From NCBI GenBank assembly GCA_002269645.1, contig NIVC01000807.1:306781-370780 (forward strand): a DNA stretch of 64,000 bases, written 5' to 3'. The position numbers and the translations under genes were made by a program. The notes beneath the pieces were generated by a model, which searched no databases, was not told the origin of the DNA, and worked only from the letters and a program-made list of their open reading frames with translations. This DNA is from Macrostomum lignano. Taxonomy: Eukaryota. How positions within the stretch are numbered: the first letter of the stretch is position 1; each line of letters begins with the position of its first letter. This document shows, piece by piece, positions 57,681 to 64,000 of this stretch.

Positions 57681-60600
57681 TAGGATATAATTGAAAGTAT
57701 GTGGCTAATCTTTAGTCTATAGACTGAATACTAAATTGCCATATATAACTTTTATACTACACAATAGCTAGCTATACTTATAGCTGAGCTACTAGTTGCA
57801 TATCTGCCTATTAAGGTAGGGTGTCCAGTGAGCCTATTTTTAGCGTGTGCAAAACCGAAAAATGGTAAAAAAGTGGTCTTCTTTAAACAAATGTAACTTT
57901 TTAAATATTTAAGATATGACAACGTTCTTATATTCATTGAAAAGAAGGCAAACAGATCTTTCAAACGACATATAGTTTACATGTTTAGGACAAACGATTA
58001 CAAAGATACAGACTGTCAAACATTGTGTACATTTTCAAAACTGTGCCAAATTTGCTTGAAAATATGGGATCGGGAAGATTCGTTTTTTAGTAAATGAGTG
58101 CATAACTGCTAAGAATGCTTGCACACTGAGTGTAGGTAACTTCCTGGAGGTCATTTTAAGTGAACTTTTTTTGTTCAAAAATATGTACATGTACATGTAC
58201 ATGTAAAATTTAAAATGGCCATAACTTTTGAATGGAAATGAGCGGCCACCCTAATTATTTTTGCTACTTAATTTTAATGACAAAATAAAACTTTTAGGCT
58301 AGACAGGATTAGTGTAACTCTTGCCACAGTATGCTTAATGGAAATCGTCAAAATGCATGCAAATCCCCATAAGGGACATAAAAATGGGAAATTTTTGAAG
58401 CTCGAAAGAATGGCCAGTTAGTTTATTCGATAAAATGATAGCAAAACAGGCAAAACTCTTTGTCCTAAAGGAACATCCTGATAGCTATTGCTGCACCAAA
58501 GTTATTAAGCATAATTGGCACAGGTGTTCCTGCAAAATACACTACAGAGATAGGAAAAATGTACATTGAGGGGTTGTACATTCGAAAAGAAGTCATATAT
58601 GCAATCTTTTTTAAAATGATAGCAGGACTTAGAGAGATATATCCATCCTTTACTTGCAGATCTTGCAGATGCCAGACACGCTGCACCTACATGTATACAG
58701 TATCTGCTATGAGCGCTTGACAAGCTCATGGTGCAGCTTTCTACACAGTCGCCTCTGATCATTCCAGCTGGGCCCGAAGATTGCACTTCGAAGCTTCTTG
58801 AAGGCCTGCATTGGCGCCACTTTTCTCTAAAGGGACGAGGTAACAGCAGCAGCAGAGAAATGTTGGCAAATTGGCGTGCTGGAAGTCGACTCTGGCACAG
58901 TTGCAGCTGGGACCACTGCAGGAAAGACAAGTGTCTGGTCCATGTAGATGGCCCAGGGATTCTGCTTGCCAGCAGCTTTCTCGCGCACCTTCGACCTCAA
59001 CAGGTCCCGCATTTTTTCCTTCACTTTCATTACTGCCTGCCACAGCCACAGGTTATAAAGTTATAAAGTACATCTGGTTCAGTGTATACAGACAGACTGA
59101 TACATTCTGCAAGCTAATTAATACAGTATTAAAGCACTAAAATGGAACAGCTGAGTAAAAGCTGAGCTGATTAAAAGGGTTCTCAGTCTCCCACAGTCAA
59201 TTCAGCTTCTAGCAGACAAACTGACTGGGAATGAAAATGGGAGCAGACGAATTGACTGTCATACTCTCATAATGTACATGTACATATACAATGTAATCAC
59301 GCTGTGTAGTGTACTGCCCCCAAGATTGTTAGATTAGCTACAAGTGAGTCACTAATGCGACACAAGGTAATTAAGGTAAGTTTAATAAATTAATAACTAT
59401 TAATATAACAATAATAAAAAGAAAAATCTCAACATAAAAATGTTACTTTGATAATTTAAATTAAGAAAAAGCACTTTTCCTTAGGCTTAACAGGTAATTG
59501 TTATACGGAATGGATTTTGAATATAAAAAATCATTTTCCTGACCACTTGTTTTTATCATAATATTTTCTATTTTATGGCAAAACTGATTCCAAAAAAATT
59601 TAAATAGGCCAAATTAGGTATTTGAATAGAAATTGTATATTGAATAATTATGCTATGATATATAAAAAATATTTCACCAATCACAATAAAAAAGTAACAA
59701 CTATATGCCTAGAATCTAGATTATTGCTTAAGTTCAAATGCATTTCATTATTCAATTTTAGAATAAGATTAAGCTAAGTTTTCTATCAACTAAAACTGAC
59801 AATAGCAGAATTAAAACCCATTTTAAGCAATTAACAATATTAGGCCTAACACTAACAGTGTGTTGGTGCCAAAAATTATACTTTGCAAAAACATACAATA
59901 TATAATATACTAGAGCTTACCAAGCAAGAACATTAAAATAATTATTTTATAGGCTAATAGTTAGTGGCCTAACTTATTTGTATAAAATTTGCTTGTTTAA
60001 TTCAGATGGATTTTAGATTGCTTGTTATTAATATTGATAGCCCCTATCAATTTGTTAAAAAAAGTAAAATTTCAAAACTTCATATAAAGTACTTAATTTT
60101 TCAAAACCATGCTGATTTAGTGATTATCTGTAAATTGTTTGTAAAATAGGTCATTTAGCACCAATGTATCAGTAGACTGTCAATGGACTCAATGAACAAT
60201 GGTGAATGTGACTTCTGTGATTCGGATTCTTGTGAAGAACTCAACTAGGCCTACTCAACTCAGGTTTTTTTAGTGAGTGACGTTGGACGTATCCGTGCGC
60301 TTTCTAAATTTATATTCTCTGATTAAGATCTCGATATTTATTTTTGAATTAAAAAGCTTGGTAACTGCAGCTAGAGTTTACCAAGATAAAAAATTTTAGG
60401 TTGCAACTATTTTTGATCAATCGTTTTAGGGGCGATTATAAAACGTAGTGACGTTTTGTTGATTGCGCTTGAAACGTGTTAGTTCAAGTTTTCTAATTTC
60501 AAAGAAATACGAGTAACACAACTCTGAATCAAATCAACTAATCTATTTTGTCAATCATTAAAACAGGGCTGCTGCTATTAGACATTTGTGAAGAGGGTAA

Positions 60601-61331
60601 CGATCAACATAGAAAATATTTCATACCTAAAGACATTTTTTATTCTATGACAATTTAAACAATTTTTTTCAAAAAAAATTATTTGTATTTATGCAATGCA
60701 ATACAATAACTTCACGGCAGAGCTATGGCTATGTGAACAAGATTACTTCTTAATCTGTCTATCTGCCATGATATATTATAAGTACTGATTTACTTGTTGG
60801 AAACATGGGTAAAAAGAATACTTTAGAAACAACAATGTGTACTTATTCCACTGGATCATGTCTATAATGAGCATATAAATAATTTTTTGTCAATAATATT
60901 TTATGTATAGTAGACCCAAAAGCATATAAAATGTGTTTATAGTGCCAAGGAATTGTGTACTTTTCACTTTTTGTAGCCCCACTCCTAAATAAATTAACTT
61001 AAGCCAAATACCATGTCTAAAAAATAAATTTAAGTTATAAAAATGTTGTTAGCACTGAAAATAAATATCAAACAATAAAGTAAAGGTAATGGTTGAGATA
61101 ACTTAATGAATCAAAGTGTTCAAAAAAGAAGATTAAGGCCATTCAAAGATGAAAATATATAATCCATTTACTCCAACTTATTGTTTGTATTTTGCACCAA
61201 TTTTGTATTTTGAACCTATATCATGATTAGGCCTAGTTTTTTTAAAATACTAGGCCTACTTGTTCAAAATAGGTCACACTATACCTTAATATTGAAATCT
61301 TTTGCCAACATTTTTTTCAGAATCAAGTATC

Positions 61332-64000
61332 ATGGAAGCTGAAAAGGAATCAGCTGCTCAAATTGTAGAAGCAGACTCAACTAAAAAAGCTACTGTAAGC
61401 TAAATGGTTGAAATTGTGATTTTTGCTTAACTTTTAAAATTATAAAAAAAAATTACTTGGATTGGTAGTATTATGACTTATGGGTTAATGTATCCACTTA
61501 AATTTATTCAAAACATAGCTATTAAATAATTATGTTTAATTGACAAGAAACTTAATGAGGTAAATTGCTTCTTTATAATTCTAAAGGTTTACAAAATCTG
61601 TGTCACCTCTGGCGGCCAGTCTTGGTTCATCCTTCGCCGCTACAAAGAGTTTAACAACTTGTATGACGACTAAAGAAGCAATTTCCAGAGGCTGGACTTA
61701 AGTTGCCTGGAAAGCGTTCTTCGGCAATATGGACCCCGAGTTCATCAGGCAGAGACAGGAAGGCCTGGACAACATGGTGCAGGTGCTCATGACGCATCCG
61801 AAATAAGCGAGCTGTGAGGGACAGCGCAATCGGTTTGATGCTTTCGATTCTTAAACAGTCTCCCATCGATTCATTACCAGTATGCCATCGATTCATCACC
61901 AGTATGCCATCGATTCATCACCAGTATGCATCGATTCATCGCCAGTATGCCATCAACTCATCACCAGTATGCCATCAACTCATCACCAGTATGCCATCGA
62001 TTCATCACCAGTATGCCATCGATTCATCGCCAGTATGCCATCAACTCATCACCAGTATGCCATCAACTCATCATCAGTATGCCATCGATTCATCACCAGT
62101 ATGCCATCGATTCATCGCCAGTATGCCATCAACTCATCACCAGTATGCCATCGATTCATCACCAGTATGCCATCGATTCATCACCAGTATGCCATCGATT
62201 CATCGCCAGTATGCCATCAATTCATCACCAGTATGCCATCAACTCATCACCAGTAGTATGCCATCGATTCATCACCAGTATGCCATCGATTCATCGCCAG
62301 TATGCCATGCGATTCATCGCCAGTATGCCATCGATTCATCACCAGTATGCCATCGATTCATCATTATTATGCCATCAACTCATCTCCAGTATGCCATCGA
62401 CTCATCACCAGTATGCCATCAATTCATCACCAGTATGCGCATCAACTCATCACCAGATGCCATCGATTCATCACCAGTATGCCATCGATTCATCACCAGT
62501 ATGCCATTAACTGCATCACCAGTATGCCATCGATTCATCACCAGTATGCCATCGATTCATCACCAGTATGCCATCGATTCATCACCAGTATGCCATCAAC
62601 TCATCACCAGTATGCCATCGATTCATCACCAGTATGCCATCGATTCATCACCAGTATGCCATCGATTCATTACCAGTAATGCCATCGATTCATCGCCAGT
62701 ATGCCATCGATTCATCACCAATCTCTCATCGATTCATCACCAGTCTCTTATAGATTCATCACTAGTCTCTCATCGATTCATCACCAGTCTCTTATAGATT
62801 CATCACCAGTCTCTCATAGATTCATCACTAGTCTCCCATAGATTCATCACTAGTCTCTCATAAGATTCATCACCAGTCTCTCATAGATTCATCACTAGTC
62901 TCTCATAGATTCATCACTAGTCTCTCATAGATTCATCACTAGTCTCTTATAGATTCATCACCAGTCTCTCATAGATTCATCACTAGTCTCTCATAGATTC
63001 ATCACTAGTCTCTCATAGATTCATCACTAGTCTCTCATAGATTCATCACTAGTCTCTTATAGATTCATCACCAGTCTCTCATAGATTCATCACTAGTCTC
63101 TCATAGATTCATCACTAGTCTCTCATAGATTCATCACTAGTCTCTCATAGATTCATCACCAGTCTCTCATAGATTCATCACTAGTCTCTCATAGATTCAT
63201 CACCAGTCTCTCATAGATTCATCACTAGTCTCTCATAGATTCATCACCAATCTCTGACTTTGCTTCTCGCAGGCCTGAGGTGATCCAATTCCTCGGCTTC
63301 GACATCAACAAGAGTCGCCTGGAGCTGACTGACGATGCCAAGAAAGACACAGCGCGTCTCTGGCTCGGACGAGCCCCCCATCGCCGCCGCCGCCGCTGCA
63401 GAAGGCGGCACTGGATCCGGCGCCAAAGAGGAGGAGGCGCTCGATCTGGGCGCCAAGGAGAACCGCAAGTGCGTGAACTCGGCGTGTCGCTTACCAGTCC
63501 ATTTATCTCTTAGAGCTCCTTGTTGACTGTATGAATTTTGCGCCGCGCGCGGAATCGAACAGGGGTCACGTGTGGCGCGAGAGTCCGGCGCGTTCACCAC
63601 TGAGCTGCTCCGCCCGCAACGCCCATAACAGTCTCAGTTAAACAGTGTTAAGTATAACTTGCCCGACAACGAACGAGAAAGTACATAGATTAGAAAGCAT
63701 AACTGTAACTGGTCGTTTCAGAGCCACCCCGAGCGACTTCACCTTCCTGAAGGTGATCGGCAAGGGCTCATTCGGCAAGGTGTTTCTCGCTAAGCGCAAA
63801 TCAGACGGCGGGATATTTGCTGTCAAAGTAAGTGTTGCAGAAGGAGCAGATTAAAAAGCGCAACGAAAGTGAAGCACATCATGTCCGAAAGGAACGTTCT
63901 GGTGCGCAATATCGAGCATCCGTTTCTGTGCGCCCTGCACATGTCGTTTCGCACGCCGGACAAGCTGTACTTTGTGCTGGACTACGTAAACGGAGGAGAG
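61332..64000 (+). CDS. SGK3: PX-domain serum/glucocorticoid-regulated kinase (SGK3-like), 5' part; runs off the window; frameshifted as assembled
   Basis: Exon 61332..61394; PX exon from 61587 ([26 protein letters not shown]); kinase [48 protein letters not shown]. Confidence 0.85.
61860..63250. repeat. 22-bp minisatellite, two variant blocks, SGK3 intron
   Basis: ATGCCATCGATTCATCACCAGT switching to CTCTCATAGATTCATCACTAGT near 62720. Confidence 0.95.
63541..63615 (-). other. tRNA-like sequence (SINE head or tRNA pseudogene) in SGK3 intron
   Basis: A box AGCTCAGTGG and B box GTTCGATTCC, but acceptor stem does not pair. Confidence 0.5.

Noticed and set aside
58465-59140. Coding-like patch with Cys/His residues, possible DNA-transposon remnant
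   Set aside because: No convincing family motif in any frame.
63541-63615. Functional tRNA gene (also the SINE heads)
   Set aside because: A and B boxes are present but acceptor and anticodon stems do not pair properly.

Overview
Eukaryotic (metazoan, invertebrate-type) genomic DNA with GC-rich exons and AT-rich, minisatellite-filled introns. This style is consistent with a flatworm such as Macrostomum, which is an inference and not proven. Host genes reconstructed exon by exon: UBA6, SMU1, endoglycoceramidase (GH5), an FN3/TM membrane protein, NDUFV3, a CNGA-like channel, a PITPNC1-like lipid transfer protein, a WASP-like gene, a UXT-like prefoldin and the 5' part of SGK3. The standout is a 10,541-bp, apparently intact Polinton/Maverick (adintovirus-like) endogenous viral element at 4102-14642, inside UBA6 intron 3, with ~650-bp TIRs and a 6-bp TSD. 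It has integrase, penton, major capsid, adenain protease, packaging ATPase and core-protein-like genes but no protein-primed DNA polymerase B. Its left arm instead carries a Fic-family AMPylase with an intact catalytic motif and four uncharacterised ORFs. Genes right of ~54 kb contain many 1-nt indels that look like assembly errors.
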